A DNA stretch of 64,000 bases from NCBI GenBank assembly GCA_903919145.1, contig CAIXGW010000036.1, positions 13,314 through 77,313 on the forward strand, given 5' to 3'. The notes beneath the pieces are model-generated. The model worked only from the letters and a program-made list of their open reading frames with translations, was not told the DNA's origin and did no database searches. The stretch comes from an uncultured Myxococcales bacterium (lineage in GTDB: Bacteria; Myxococcota_A; UBA9042). Position numbers and translations under genes: made by a program. This document shows, in pieces, positions 53,183 through 61,605 of the stretch; position 1 is the first letter of the stretch, and every line of letters starts with the position of its first letter.

Positions 53183-54199
53183 ATGACCGTTTCCTTGGCA
53201 ATCCTGGTGCTGGTCGCGGTCATTTTTGACTTTCTCAACGGTTTTCACGATTCCTCCAACATCGTGGCGACCATGATCTCGTCGCGCGCGTTCACCGGTC
53301 GCCAGGCCCTGGCCATCACCACCGTTTGCGAGGTCACCGGGCCGTTCCTGTTTGGCGTCGCCGTGGCCACCACCATTGGATCGGAGCTGGTCCAAGGCGG
53401 CGTGATGACCCAGGGCGGCGTGTTCATGCCGGTGATCATTGCGGCTTTGTGCGGCGCCATCACCTGGAACTTGCTGACCTGGTGGCTTGGCATCCCCTCG
53501 AGCTCTTCTCACGCCCTGGTCGGCGGCCTGGTGGGCGCCGTGGCCATTGAGTTTGGCATTGGCGCCATTGCCTGGGGCGGTATGCGCAAGATCCTGATTG
53601 CGCTGTTTCTCTCGCCGATTCTGGGCATGGTGGCGGGCTTTGTGATCCAGCGATCGCTGCTGCACCTGATGGTGTGGATGCACGCCACCCCCAAGGCCAA
53701 CTGGTTCTTTCGCAACGCCCAGCTGGGCACGGCCGTAGCGCTGGCGCTGGCCCATGGCACCAATGATGCGCAGAAAACCATGGGAATTTTGACCATGGGC
53801 TTGGTGGCCACCGGCGTCATTCCGTCGTTCCACGTGCCGCTGTGGGTGATGGTGGTCAGCGCGCTGGCGATCGGTGCGGGCACGGCGACGGGCGGCTGGC
53901 GCCTCATCAAGACCCTGGGCTACGGCTTCTACAAGATCTGGCCCATCCACGCGTTTACCGCTCAAGCGGCCTCGGGCGCCGTCATCCTGGGCGCAGCGGT
54001 GCTCGGCGGTCCGGTCAGCACCACCCAAGTGATGTCCAGCGCGATCGTCGGCGTGGGCGCCTCAGAGAACTTTCGCAAGGTTCGCTGGCAGGTCGCGGGC
54101 AACATCGTGCTGGCCTGGGTGCTGACGATTCCGGCCTCGGCGGGGATGGCGGCTGGGCTGTATGCGCTCTACAAGTGGATTTCAGGCATGGTCGCGTGA
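53183..54199 (+). CDS. inorganic phosphate transporter, PiT family
   Basis: MTVSLAILVLVAVIFDFLNGFHDSSNIVATMISSRA and later ALAHGTNDAQKTMGI are the duplicated PiT signature GxNDxxN/Q motifs. I use the internal ATG of track ORF 53066. Confidence 0.9.
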   Translation: MTVSLAILVLVAVIFDFLNGFHDSSNIVATMISSRAFTGRQALAITTVCEVTGPFLFGVAVATTIGSELVQGGVMTQGGVFMPVIIAALCGAITWNLLTWWLGIPSSSSHALVGGLVGAVAIEFGIGAIAWGGMRKILIALFLSPILGMVAGFVIQRSLLHLMVWMHATPKANWFFRNAQLGTAVALALAHGTNDAQKTMGILTMGLVATGVIPSFHVPLWVMVVSALAIGAGTATGGWRLIKTLGYGFYKIWPIHAFTAQAASGAVILGAAVLGGPVSTTQVMSSAIVGVGASENFRKVRWQVAGNIVLAWVLTIPASAGMAAGLYALYKWISGMVA

Positions 54200-54236
54200 C
54201 AGCCGGCGGCATCTGCCCCAGCAGGAGAGAAACTCG

Positions 54237-54869
54237 ATGAACTGGTTTAGAAATCCGCTCAAGCCGCGCAGTGATCGCTTCGTGGAGCACTTGATCAAGC
54301 AGTCCGAGTCCTGCGTGGTGGGGCTAGAGGGCCTGGTCGAATTCTGCAAGAACCCCACAGAAGCCAATGCCCGGGCGGTCAGAGAAGCCGAAGAGCGCGG
54401 CGACGAAGAGCGGCGCATGCTCATTGACGAGCTGAACCGCACTTTTGTCACGCCGCTGGACCGAGAGGACCTGTTTGCCCTGTCTCGGGCGATCGACGAC
54501 ATCTTGGACTACGCCTGGTCTACGGTCGACGAGATGACCCTGTTCCGCCTGGAGACCACCCCCTACCTGACCCAGATGGCCGAGCTGCTGCGCGACGCCG
54601 GCAAGGAAATGCTGTTGGCGATGCAGCGGATTCTTGAGCATCCGGCCGTGGCCAATGAGCATGCCATGCGCGCCAAGCACTGCGAAAACCGCATGGAGAA
54701 GGTGTACCGCGAGGCCATCGCTGCGCTGTTTACCCAAAAGGTCGACACCATTGACGGGGTCCTGGAGCTGCTCAAGCTGCGCGAGGTCTACCGGCACCTG
54801 TCCAATGCCGCCGACCGCGCCGATGCAGCGGCCAACATCGTGACCGACGTGATCATGAAAGTGATGTAG
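54237..54869 (+). CDS. DUF47 / PhoU-like Pit accessory protein
   Basis: MNWFRNPLKPRSDRFVEHLIKQS...ELNRTFVTPLDREDLFALSRAIDDILD...VYRHLSNAADRADAAANIV is typical of the TIGR00153/DUF47 family that pairs with PiT. Confidence 0.85.
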   Translation: MNWFRNPLKPRSDRFVEHLIKQSESCVVGLEGLVEFCKNPTEANARAVREAEERGDEERRMLIDELNRTFVTPLDREDLFALSRAIDDILDYAWSTVDEMTLFRLETTPYLTQMAELLRDAGKEMLLAMQRILEHPAVANEHAMRAKHCENRMEKVYREAIAALFTQKVDTIDGVLELLKLREVYRHLSNAADRADAAANIVTDVIMKVM

Positions 54870-54935
54870 ACGTCGCGAACCGGTGCGCGGCACACTCGGC
54901 GGCACCACGGCGTTGGGCGGGCGGCGAGAGCGGCG

Positions 54936-57900
54936 ATGACGAATTTCGGACAGAGCGACCAGAGGAGCGGTTTGCGGGTGACCCTATGTCATGTCCGCGC
55001 CGTGGCTCATGTTTTTGCGATATCGTCTGCCCTGTTCTGCGGGTCTGCGGTCCCGCCGGCGCAGGCCCAGCCGGCGCAAGCCCAGCCGGCCGACCAGGTG
55101 GCCCTGCAGGGGGCGCAGGGCGAAAAGGAGGCGATGGCCGAGACCGAGCCTCTGCAGCTGGCGTTTTCTGACGCCTACAATGCCGGAAACTACGCAAAGG
55201 CTCTGGAAATCCTTAAGAAAGCGCTGGAGGTTTGGCAGAAGAAGGTGGGGCCCAACCATCCGATCGTCGGCAATCTGCGGGTCAACTGTGCGGAATTGAT
55301 GCGCCAGCTCGGGCGGTTGCAGGAGGCAGAGGTCGAGCTGGAGGCGGCGCTGGCGGTGCTGCAGACTACCCTGGGGCCAGAGCACGCGCAGACGCTGGTG
55401 GCGCACCACAACCTGGGGGCGTTGCAGCTGCAGCGCGGGCGGGTGGCGCAAGCGGTCGAGACACTGGAGAAAGTGTTGGTCCTGCTGGTCAAGGTGCGCG
55501 GCGAAGGCTCGCTGGAAGTCGCGCAGGCGCGCATGCACTTGGCCGACTCCAAGCTGCAGCAGGGCAAGCTGGCTGAAGCCAAGGCCTTGTACGAACAGGT
55601 GATGCGCGCGCTGGAGAGTGCCAAGCCGCCCAGCGCCGAGCACCTGGCCATCGCCTACAACAACCGCGCCAAGCTCAAGCGTTACCAGGGCGACCTGCCA
55701 GGGGCCGAGGATGATCTCAGCAAGGCCGCGCTGATCCTGGGGAAAGTCTTTGGCATGAGCCATCCCTCCCTGGCGATGGCGGCCATCAACCTGGCCGATC
55801 TGCGGATGGAGCGCGGCGACCTGGGGCTGGCCGAAGAGGCGCTGATTCAAGCGATCCGCCTGTCGGCATCGGCCCTGGGGCCAGAGCATCCCCAGGTGGG
55901 GCATGGCGCGGTCCTGCTGGCCAATCTGTACCGGACCCGCGGCGAGCACGATCGGGCCAAGAAGCTCTACGCCGAGGCGCTGCCGATCCTGGAGCACGCC
56001 TACGGTCCCCAGCACCCGGCGCTGGCCGAGGCGCTCAACCACCAGGGCGTGCTGGCGCTGCAGATGGCCGACGACGCGCTGGCTGGGCAACTGCTAGACA
56101 GAAGCTGGAAAATCTTGGTGAAGCCGGGGCAGACGCCGCCGCAGCTCGCCATCACGGTCGGGCAGAACCTGGCCGTTGTGCTGGAGCGCACCGACCGCGC
56201 CGACCAGGCGGCAAAGCTCTACGCAGAGGCGATCGCCGCCTGCGACCAGGTGGTGGGCGCCGATCAGGCGGCCTGTGCCCCGCCGCGCTACAACCTGGGG
56301 CTGCTCCACCTCAAGGCGCGCCGGCTGCCGCAGGCCCAGCAGTGGCTGCAAGCGTCGCTGCTGCTGCGCGAGAAAGCGCTGGGGCCTCACCATCCCGACG
56401 TGGCCCGCTCGCTGGCGGCGGTGGCGGCGATCCTGGATCTGCAGGGAAAGCTCAGCGGCGCGGCCGACCTGATGCAGCGCGCCGTCGAGATCCGCGACCG
56501 CCAGCTGGCGCTGATGCTGGGTGGCGGCGCCGAAGGGCCCAAGCGCGCGCTGGTGGCGACCCTGGGCGAAGAGCGAGACATTGCCCTGGACCTGCTGCTG
56601 AGGGCCGGGCGGCCGGCGGCGGCGCTCGAGCTGGTTTTGCAGCGCAAGGGCCGGGCGCTGGAGGCCACGGTAGACGGCCTGCGCGGCGTCGGCGCAGATT
56701 CGCAAGCCGCGGCTGAGCTTTCTGCGGCGCGCGGCCGGCTGGCAGCCCTGTACGCCCGCGGGCCGGTGGGGCAGCCGGCAGAGGTCTACGCGGCCGCCCT
56801 GCAAGAGGCCGGGCGCAGGGCAGAGGAGCTGGAGAGGCGGGCAGTGGCTCGCTTTGGCCCGGCGGTGTCGGCCGAGCCGCTGCACCTGGCGGACCTTCAG
56901 GCGCGCCTGCGCGGGGGGACCCTCTTGGAACTGTTTGTGCGCAAGCCGCTTTCGCTCAAGAAGCCTGAGTCGGCCCAGGCGCCGGCGCTGGTGACCGGCT
57001 GCCTGCTGGGGCCCAAGGGGCCGCCGGTGTGCCGCGACCTGGGCCCGGCTGCCGAGCTGGAGGGGCTGGCCCTGCAGGTGCGGCGCGCCGCGATGCTGCC
57101 GACCGGCGACGTCGACAAGCCGGGCGCGGCGCTGCGCCAGGCGGTCATCGACCCGTTTGCGGCCGAGCTCAAGGCGGTCAAGCAGCTGCTGGTGGCCCCC
57201 GATGGCGCGCTGCATCTGGTGCCCTTTGCGGCCTTGCCGGCGGCTGCAGGGGGCCGGCTGTTGCAGCAGTACACCCTGTCTTACCTGACCTCTGGCCGCG
57301 ACTTGCTGCGGATGGCGGCCACACCGGCGCAGCCCGTGCCGCGCGGCCAAGCGGTGCTGATCGGTGCGCCAGGCTACGACCAAGCGGCGCAGGGGGACCC
57401 CACCAAAACCCAAGCAGTGCCTCAGCAATTGCCGGCACCGGGGCGACGGGCGGCCGCCGGGCTGGGCCGCTTCAGCCCGCTGCCAGGCACGGCGGAGGAG
57501 GCGGCGCAGCTGGCGGCGCTGTGGCCCAAGGCCCAGGTGTGGAGCGGTGCTGCCGCCAGTGAGAAAGCCCTGCGCGGGGTGCGCGGCCCTGAGCTGCTGC
57601 ACATCGCGACCCACGGTTTCTTCTTGGCAGACAAGGCCGATCCGGTGGTAGAGGCGGTGCGCGGCGGCCGGCGCGGCGCGGAGCTGTGGGGCGAGCCGCC
57701 AGCGCCAGTGCTGCCCGAGCCCGGCCGCGACGACCCGCTGCTGCGATCGGGCATTGCCCTGGCTGGCGCCAACCAGCCGCCGCAAGGCGATGACGACGGC
57801 GTGATGACCGCCTTGGAAGTCGCTGGGTTGGACCTGGTAGGCACCCGGCTGGCGGTGCTGTCTGCCTGCGAGACCGGCGTGGGCGACGTCAAGAACGGCG

Positions 57901-58190
57901 AGGGCGTCTTTGGCTTGCGCCGCGCCCTGGTGCTGGCCGGCGCCGAGACCCAGGTGATGAGCCTTTGGAAAGTCGACGACTTGGCGACCCGCGATCTGAT
58001 GGTGGCGCTGCACCAGAAGCTGTTGGGCCACGGCGGGCAGGCTCCCCTTGGCCGTGCCGAGGCGCTGCGCCAAGCTCAGCTGCTGTTGGCCAAGGACCCC
58101 AAGCGCAGTCACCCGTTCTGGTGGGCGGCCTTTATCCTGTCGGGCGAGTGGCGAGCGCTGCCGTCGGAGCCTGGGGGTGGCCCGGGTTGA
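54936..58190 (+). CDS. TPR-repeat + CHAT-domain (caspase-like protease) protein
   Basis: N-terminal half has many TPR units (NLGALQLQRGRVAQAVETLEKVL and others). C-terminus LLHIATHGFFL...LAVLSACETGVG...VFGLRRALVLAGAETQVMSLWKVDD...HPFWWAAFILSGEW carries the CHAT His/Cys dyad context. The likely real start is GTG 55002 (MAHVFAISSALFCGSAVPPAQA looks like a signal peptide), just downstream of element copy I. Confidence 0.85.
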   Translation: MTNFGQSDQRSGLRVTLCHVRAVAHVFAISSALFCGSAVPPAQAQPAQAQPADQVALQGAQGEKEAMAETEPLQLAFSDAYNAGNYAKALEILKKALEVWQKKVGPNHPIVGNLRVNCAELMRQLGRLQEAEVELEAALAVLQTTLGPEHAQTLVAHHNLGALQLQRGRVAQAVETLEKVLVLLVKVRGEGSLEVAQARMHLADSKLQQGKLAEAKALYEQVMRALESAKPPSAEHLAIAYNNRAKLKRYQGDLPGAEDDLSKAALILGKVFGMSHPSLAMAAINLADLRMERGDLGLAEEALIQAIRLSASALGPEHPQVGHGAVLLANLYRTRGEHDRAKKLYAEALPILEHAYGPQHPALAEALNHQGVLALQMADDALAGQLLDRSWKILVKPGQTPPQLAITVGQNLAVVLERTDRADQAAKLYAEAIAACDQVVGADQAACAPPRYNLGLLHLKARRLPQAQQWLQASLLLREKALGPHHPDVARSLAAVAAILDLQGKLSGAADLMQRAVEIRDRQLALMLGGGAEGPKRALVATLGEERDIALDLLLRAGRPAAALELVLQRKGRALEATVDGLRGVGADSQAAAELSAARGRLAALYARGPVGQPAEVYAAALQEAGRRAEELERRAVARFGPAVSAEPLHLADLQARLRGGTLLELFVRKPLSLKKPESAQAPALVTGCLLGPKGPPVCRDLGPAAELEGLALQVRRAAMLPTGDVDKPGAALRQAVIDPFAAELKAVKQLLVAPDGALHLVPFAALPAAAGGRLLQQYTLSYLTSGRDLLRMAATPAQPVPRGQAVLIGAPGYDQAAQGDPTKTQAVPQQLPAPGRRAAAGLGRFSPLPGTAEEAAQLAALWPKAQVWSGAAASEKALRGVRGPELLHIATHGFFLADKADPVVEAVRGGRRGAELWGEPPAPVLPEPGRDDPLLRSGIALAGANQPPQGDDDGVMTALEVAGLDLVGTRLAVLSACETGVGDVKNGEGVFGLRRALVLAGAETQVMSLWKVDDLATRDLMVALHQKLLGHGGQAPLGRAEALRQAQLLLAKDPKRSHPFWWAAFILSGEWRALPSEPGGGPG
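54974..55019 (+). repeat. dispersed element, copy I (on the start region of the TPR-CHAT gene)
   Basis: GCGGGTGACCCTATGTCATGTCCGCGCCGTGGCTCATGTTTTTGCG. In-frame GTG at +17 starts a signal-peptide-like sequence. T5 at +27..+31. Confidence 0.6.
56913..56957 (+). repeat. element-related sequence, copy O (in frame inside the TPR-CHAT CDS)
   Basis: GGGGGGACCCTCTTGGAACTGTTTGTGCGCAAGCCGCTTTCGCTC. CTGTTTGT at +8..+15 is identical to copy A, and TTTCG lies at +27..+31. Confidence 0.35.
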
Positions 58191-58310
58191 TCCAGTCGTT
58201 TTGAGCAGGTAGACGCAAGCAGCCGGATTTTCCGACCCGTCTGGCTGACAAAGCGCAAACTGGCGCGCTACCCGCAACAGCTTGCCCCGACAGGCTCCCG
58301 GCCGCGCTGA

Positions 58311-58748
58311 CTACTCGGCCGGCCACGTCGCTTTGAGCCCTGGCCACTGCCCCGGCAGCCGGGCGTCGGCCATGGGGTACAGAATGTGCTCTTCCTTGAG
58401 GTTGTGCTGCTGGATCAGCATCAGCAGCGTGTCGCCCTGGTCCAGCAAGCCCTGCGGATCGCCGGCGGCCAGCGCCTGGCTCATGGCGTCCAGGACCCGG
58501 CGCATCTGCGCGTGTTCGTGGCGCATCACCGCCGTCGGGCCCATGCCGTGCATGCCGGTCGCATTCTCTATGGCTGGAAACAGGGTGGCTTCTTCGAATT
58601 CAAAGTGGCGCTGCATGGCCCGCTCAAAGCGGCCAAACAGATTGCGGGTCAGGGCCAAGTCGCCCTGGTCGGCGGCGGTCTCGACCTCGGCCCACAGCAG
58701 ATCGCAAGCGCGGTGGTCTTGGGTCATGAAGAAGTTTGCGGCGTCCAT
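58311..58748 (-). CDS. hemerythrin (HHE cation-binding) domain protein
   Basis: MTQDHRACDLLW...RFERAMQRHFEFEEATLFPAIE...VMRHEHAQMRRVL...IQQHNLKEEHILYPMAD contains the H...HxxxE...H...HxxxE ligand pattern. Confidence 0.8.
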   Translation of the reverse strand: MDAANFFMTQDHRACDLLWAEVETAADQGDLALTRNLFGRFERAMQRHFEFEEATLFPAIENATGMHGMGPTAVMRHEHAQMRRVLDAMSQALAAGDPQGLLDQGDTLLMLIQQHNLKEEHILYPMADARLPGQWPGLKATWPAE

Positions 58749-58800
58749 CGACGTTTCTCCAAATTGCTAAAGACTTTTGCCGCAGAGCCGGTCTTGTTGG

Positions 58801-58835
58801 CAGCGGCGTTATCAGATGATAACATGGTGCCGCTG
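58801..58835. promoter_or_regulatory. palindromic candidate TetR operator in the hemerythrin / TetR-DUF2249 divergent intergenic region
   Basis: CAGCGGC GTTATCA ga TGATAAC atggt GCCGCTG. The inner 7-bp arms (58808-58814 / 58817-58823) are perfect, and the outer 7-bp arms are also complementary. Confidence 0.55.
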
Positions 58836-58902
58836 GCGGGTCGAGTCCGGTGCCCGACCGGCTCTCAGGCCGCACCTCGACCGCGCCCAACCCAAGGATC
58901 CC

Positions 58903-60012
58903 ATGGCTTGGTTTGCCCCTGAACCCGCCCGCCGCGACCAGATTGTCGCCGCCGCCTTGGCGCTGCTGGCCACCACCCCGCTAGAGCGCCTGACCACCCG
59001 GGCCATCGCCGCCGCCGTGGGGGTGAGCCAGCCGGCGCTGTTTCGCCATTTCCGCTCGCGCGAGGCGATCTTGCTGGCCGTGGTAGAGACGGTGCGCGCC
59101 CAGTTGGAAGGCGAGCTGCTGCAGCTGCTGACGCCGCCCGCCGACCGTGCCCCGCCGCCGCCGCTGGCCCAGAGTCTGGCGTTGGCGCGGGCGCTGATTG
59201 GCCATGTGGTGCGCCATCCTGGCTTGCCGCGCCTGCTTTTTGCCGACCTGGCGCTAGACGCGCCGGCCCTGCGGGTGGCGGTGCGCCAGCTGGTGTCGAT
59301 GCAGCGCGCCCTGGTCGCCGAGCTGGTGACCCAAGCGCAGCGGCTGGGTCAGGTGGCGCCCAGCGTCGATCCGCCGGCGGCTGCGGTGCTCTTTGTGGCG
59401 ATGCTGCAAGGGCTATTTTTGCAGCAGGCCCTGGACGACCTGGCACCAGCGGACCTGCCCGACCGGCTGGAGCGCCTGCTGCCCCTGTGGCTGGCGGCGC
59501 TGGGAGCTGAGGCGCAGGCCCCGCTGCAGCCCCCGCCGCCTGCGGCCGCGCTGCCAGAGCCCGGGCCGGACGGCCTGCAACTGTTGGATATCCGGCCGAT
59601 CCTCGCTCAGGGCATCGACCCGCTGACGGCGATTTTGGCGGCGCTGCTGCCGCTGCCCCGCGACAGCGTGCTGGTCGTCACCGCGCCGTTTCGGCCGCGG
59701 CCGCTCGAAGCGCTCCTCGCCAGCAAGGGTCATGGAATTACAGCGATAGAAGGGCAAGAAGGGGCCTGGAGCACGGTGGTGCGGGTGGCCGAGCCAGCGC
59801 CGCTGCTGGACCTGCGCGAGCTGGAGCCGCCAGAGCCGCTGCAGCGAATCGTGGCGCTGGTGCGCGCTCTGCCCCCGGGTGGCGTGCTGGTGGCGCTGTT
59901 GCCGCGGGCGCCGCGGTGGCTGTTGCCGCAGCTGCAGCAGCTTGGCTGCACCCACAGCGTGGCCGAGCTGGCCGATGGCTCGGCGCTCCTGCGCACCCAG
60001 GGAAAATCGTGA
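58903..60012 (+). CDS. TetR-family HTH regulator fused to two DUF2249-like domains
   Basis: ATG 58903 (track ORF from 58777). LERLTTRAIAAAVGVSQPALFRHFRSREAIL is the TetR HTH. The C-terminal half has two segments (LDIRPILAQGIDPLTAILAALLPLPRDSVLVVTAPFRPRPL... and LDLRELEPPEPLQRIVALVRALPPGGVLVALLPRAPRWLLPQL...) that resemble DUF2249 as I remember it. Confidence 0.7.
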   Translation: MAWFAPEPARRDQIVAAALALLATTPLERLTTRAIAAAVGVSQPALFRHFRSREAILLAVVETVRAQLEGELLQLLTPPADRAPPPPLAQSLALARALIGHVVRHPGLPRLLFADLALDAPALRVAVRQLVSMQRALVAELVTQAQRLGQVAPSVDPPAAAVLFVAMLQGLFLQQALDDLAPADLPDRLERLLPLWLAALGAEAQAPLQPPPPAAALPEPGPDGLQLLDIRPILAQGIDPLTAILAALLPLPRDSVLVVTAPFRPRPLEALLASKGHGITAIEGQEGAWSTVVRVAEPAPLLDLRELEPPEPLQRIVALVRALPPGGVLVALLPRAPRWLLPQLQQLGCTHSVAELADGSALLRTQGKS

Positions 60013-61289
60013 ACACCGCTGGGCTTTCAACGGATCAGGCGCCGCCGTTTGCGGTGCCGCTTAGCTGGTACGCGCTGGTGCCGCTGTCGGTGGTGGCGGC
60101 GGGCGCGCTGCTGATCGTCCACGGATCCCGCCTGCTGGCCACCGGTTGGCTGCAGCCGACCGCGGGCCTGGCGCACCTGGGGACGCTGGGCCTGCTGGCG
60201 GCGGCGATGGCCGGCTCGCTGTACCAGATGGTACCGGTAGTGGCGGGGGCACCGGTGCCGTGGCCGCGGCTGGCCCACGCGGTGGCTGGGCTTTTTGCGC
60301 TTGGCGCGGCGGCGCTGGTCTCCGGCCTGGTCGCGGGCGAGCCGCTGCTGCTGCTCTGGGCGACCTGGGCGCTGGGGGCAGCGCTGGCGGCGCTGGTGGG
60401 GCAAGTCGGCACAGCGCTTTGGCGATCGCCGGTAAAAGAGCCTTCTGTCCGCGGCATGAAGCTGGCGCTGCTGTGCCTGGTGGCGCTGGCGGGCCTGGGG
60501 CTGCGGCTGGCCTGGGGCCACGCCACCGGTCAGCTGCCAGTAGAGCGCCAGACGCTGCTGGTGGCGCACCTGGCGCTTGGCCTGCTGGGCTGGGTGGGCG
60601 CACTGCTGGGCGCGGTCAGCTGGCAGATTGCGCCGATGTTCTGGTTTGCCGGGGCGCCGCCGCCGCGATGGCCAAGAAATTACCTTGGATCCGTTGCGGT
60701 TTCTCTGGCTGTGGTGTTGATTTTGGCGCTGGCCAAGGCGCCCTGGCTGGCTGTGGCGCTGGCGGCGGCACCGGCGGCCCTGGCGGTGTGGGCAGTGCAG
60801 CCGTGGCAATTGTGGCGGCAGCTGCAGGCGCGGCGGCGCAAGCGCCCGGATCCCAGCTTGCACCTGTGGCAATTGTCGCTGCTGTGCGCCCCTTTGACCC
60901 TGGTGGCGGCCGCGCTGCTGCTGTGGATCGACTGGGGACCGCTGGGGCCGCTGTTCGGCTGGCTGGCGGTGTGGGGCTGGGCCGGCGCCGCGGTGCACTC
61001 TGCGCTCAGCAAGATCGTGCCATTTCTTGCTTGGTTCCATCGCTTTACCCAGACTGGCGACCAGCCAGAGCTGCAGGCGCGCGTGCCGCCCATGAAGCAG
61101 CTGCTGCCCGATGCGCGGCTGCGCCTGGGCCTGTACAGCCACACCGCCGCTCTACTGCTGGGGATTTTGGCGATTGTGACGGGGCTGGATCCCCTGGCGC
61201 GGCTAGCGGGCCTGGCGGTCGCGCTGACCGGCGTGCTGTGGGCCGGCGAGTTGGCGCTGCCGGTGTGGCGGGCTTGGCGGGTCAGGTAG
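60009..61289 (+). CDS. polytopic membrane protein (10-12 TM), possibly NnrS-like
   Basis: GTG 60009 overlaps the upstream TGA (GTGA). The His-containing TM segments GLAHLGTLGLLAAAMAGSLYQMVPVV and VAHLALGLLGWVGALLGAVSWQIAPMF are loosely reminiscent of NnrS. The family call is weak. Confidence 0.55.
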   Translation: MNTAGLSTDQAPPFAVPLSWYALVPLSVVAAGALLIVHGSRLLATGWLQPTAGLAHLGTLGLLAAAMAGSLYQMVPVVAGAPVPWPRLAHAVAGLFALGAAALVSGLVAGEPLLLLWATWALGAALAALVGQVGTALWRSPVKEPSVRGMKLALLCLVALAGLGLRLAWGHATGQLPVERQTLLVAHLALGLLGWVGALLGAVSWQIAPMFWFAGAPPPRWPRNYLGSVAVSLAVVLILALAKAPWLAVALAAAPAALAVWAVQPWQLWRQLQARRRKRPDPSLHLWQLSLLCAPLTLVAAALLLWIDWGPLGPLFGWLAVWGWAGAAVHSALSKIVPFLAWFHRFTQTGDQPELQARVPPMKQLLPDARLRLGLYSHTAALLLGILAIVTGLDPLARLAGLAVALTGVLWAGELALPVWRAWRVR

Positions 61290-61569
61290 GCGGCCCCCTG
61301 GATAGCCCGGCCGTCGCTGAGGACTGGACCTGGGGTCCGACGCCGGTCAGATCTTCGCGTAGACGGCAGTTGCGGTGGCCCGCTGGCCGGAATTAGCACC
61401 ACATGCAGGCGTATCGCAGGCGACGGAGGCGCTTGTGGCAGCGGGCCTGCGCCGCGTTGCGCAGGTCTTCCGGGGGTAGGGCCCACGGTATGGCGTGGTC
61501 GACCAAAATGCCTTGCGATAACAACGATCAGACACTCCCTACGGTCCTGTCGGACCGGAGTTTCTGCCC

Positions 61570-61598
61570 TTGATAGGCCTCACGTGATGCGCTAGCAT
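61570..61598 (+). promoter_or_regulatory. sigma-70-like promoter of vapBC (predicts a leaderless transcript)
   Basis: TTGATA (61570-61575), 17 nt, TAGCAT (61593-61598). The vapB ATG at 61606 lies 7 nt after the -10 element. Confidence 0.55.
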
Positions 61599-61600
61599 CA
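61585..61600. promoter_or_regulatory. inverted repeat overlapping the vapBC -10 element (candidate VapB operator)
   Basis: TGATGC-gcta-GCATCA. Confidence 0.5.
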
Positions 61601-61605
61601 GATGC

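Noticed and set aside
56094-58277. 727-aa minus-strand ORF antisense to the CHAT gene
   Set aside because: It has Arg/Gln/Ala/Gly-rich composition. The plus-strand frame carries clear TPR and CHAT motifs.
60146-61396. 416-aa plus-strand ORF in an alternative frame of the membrane protein gene
   Set aside because: It is Gly/Ala/Arg-rich junk. The chosen frame has regular hydrophobic TM segments and a coupled GTGA start.
61393-61524. 43-codon minus-strand ORF (MLSQGILVDHAIPWALPPEDLRNAAQARCHKRLRRLRYACMWC) between the membrane protein gene and vapB
   Set aside because: It has a TTG start and no RBS, is short and has no recognisable family. It is kept only as a note because it begins with a GTTATC-type sequence.
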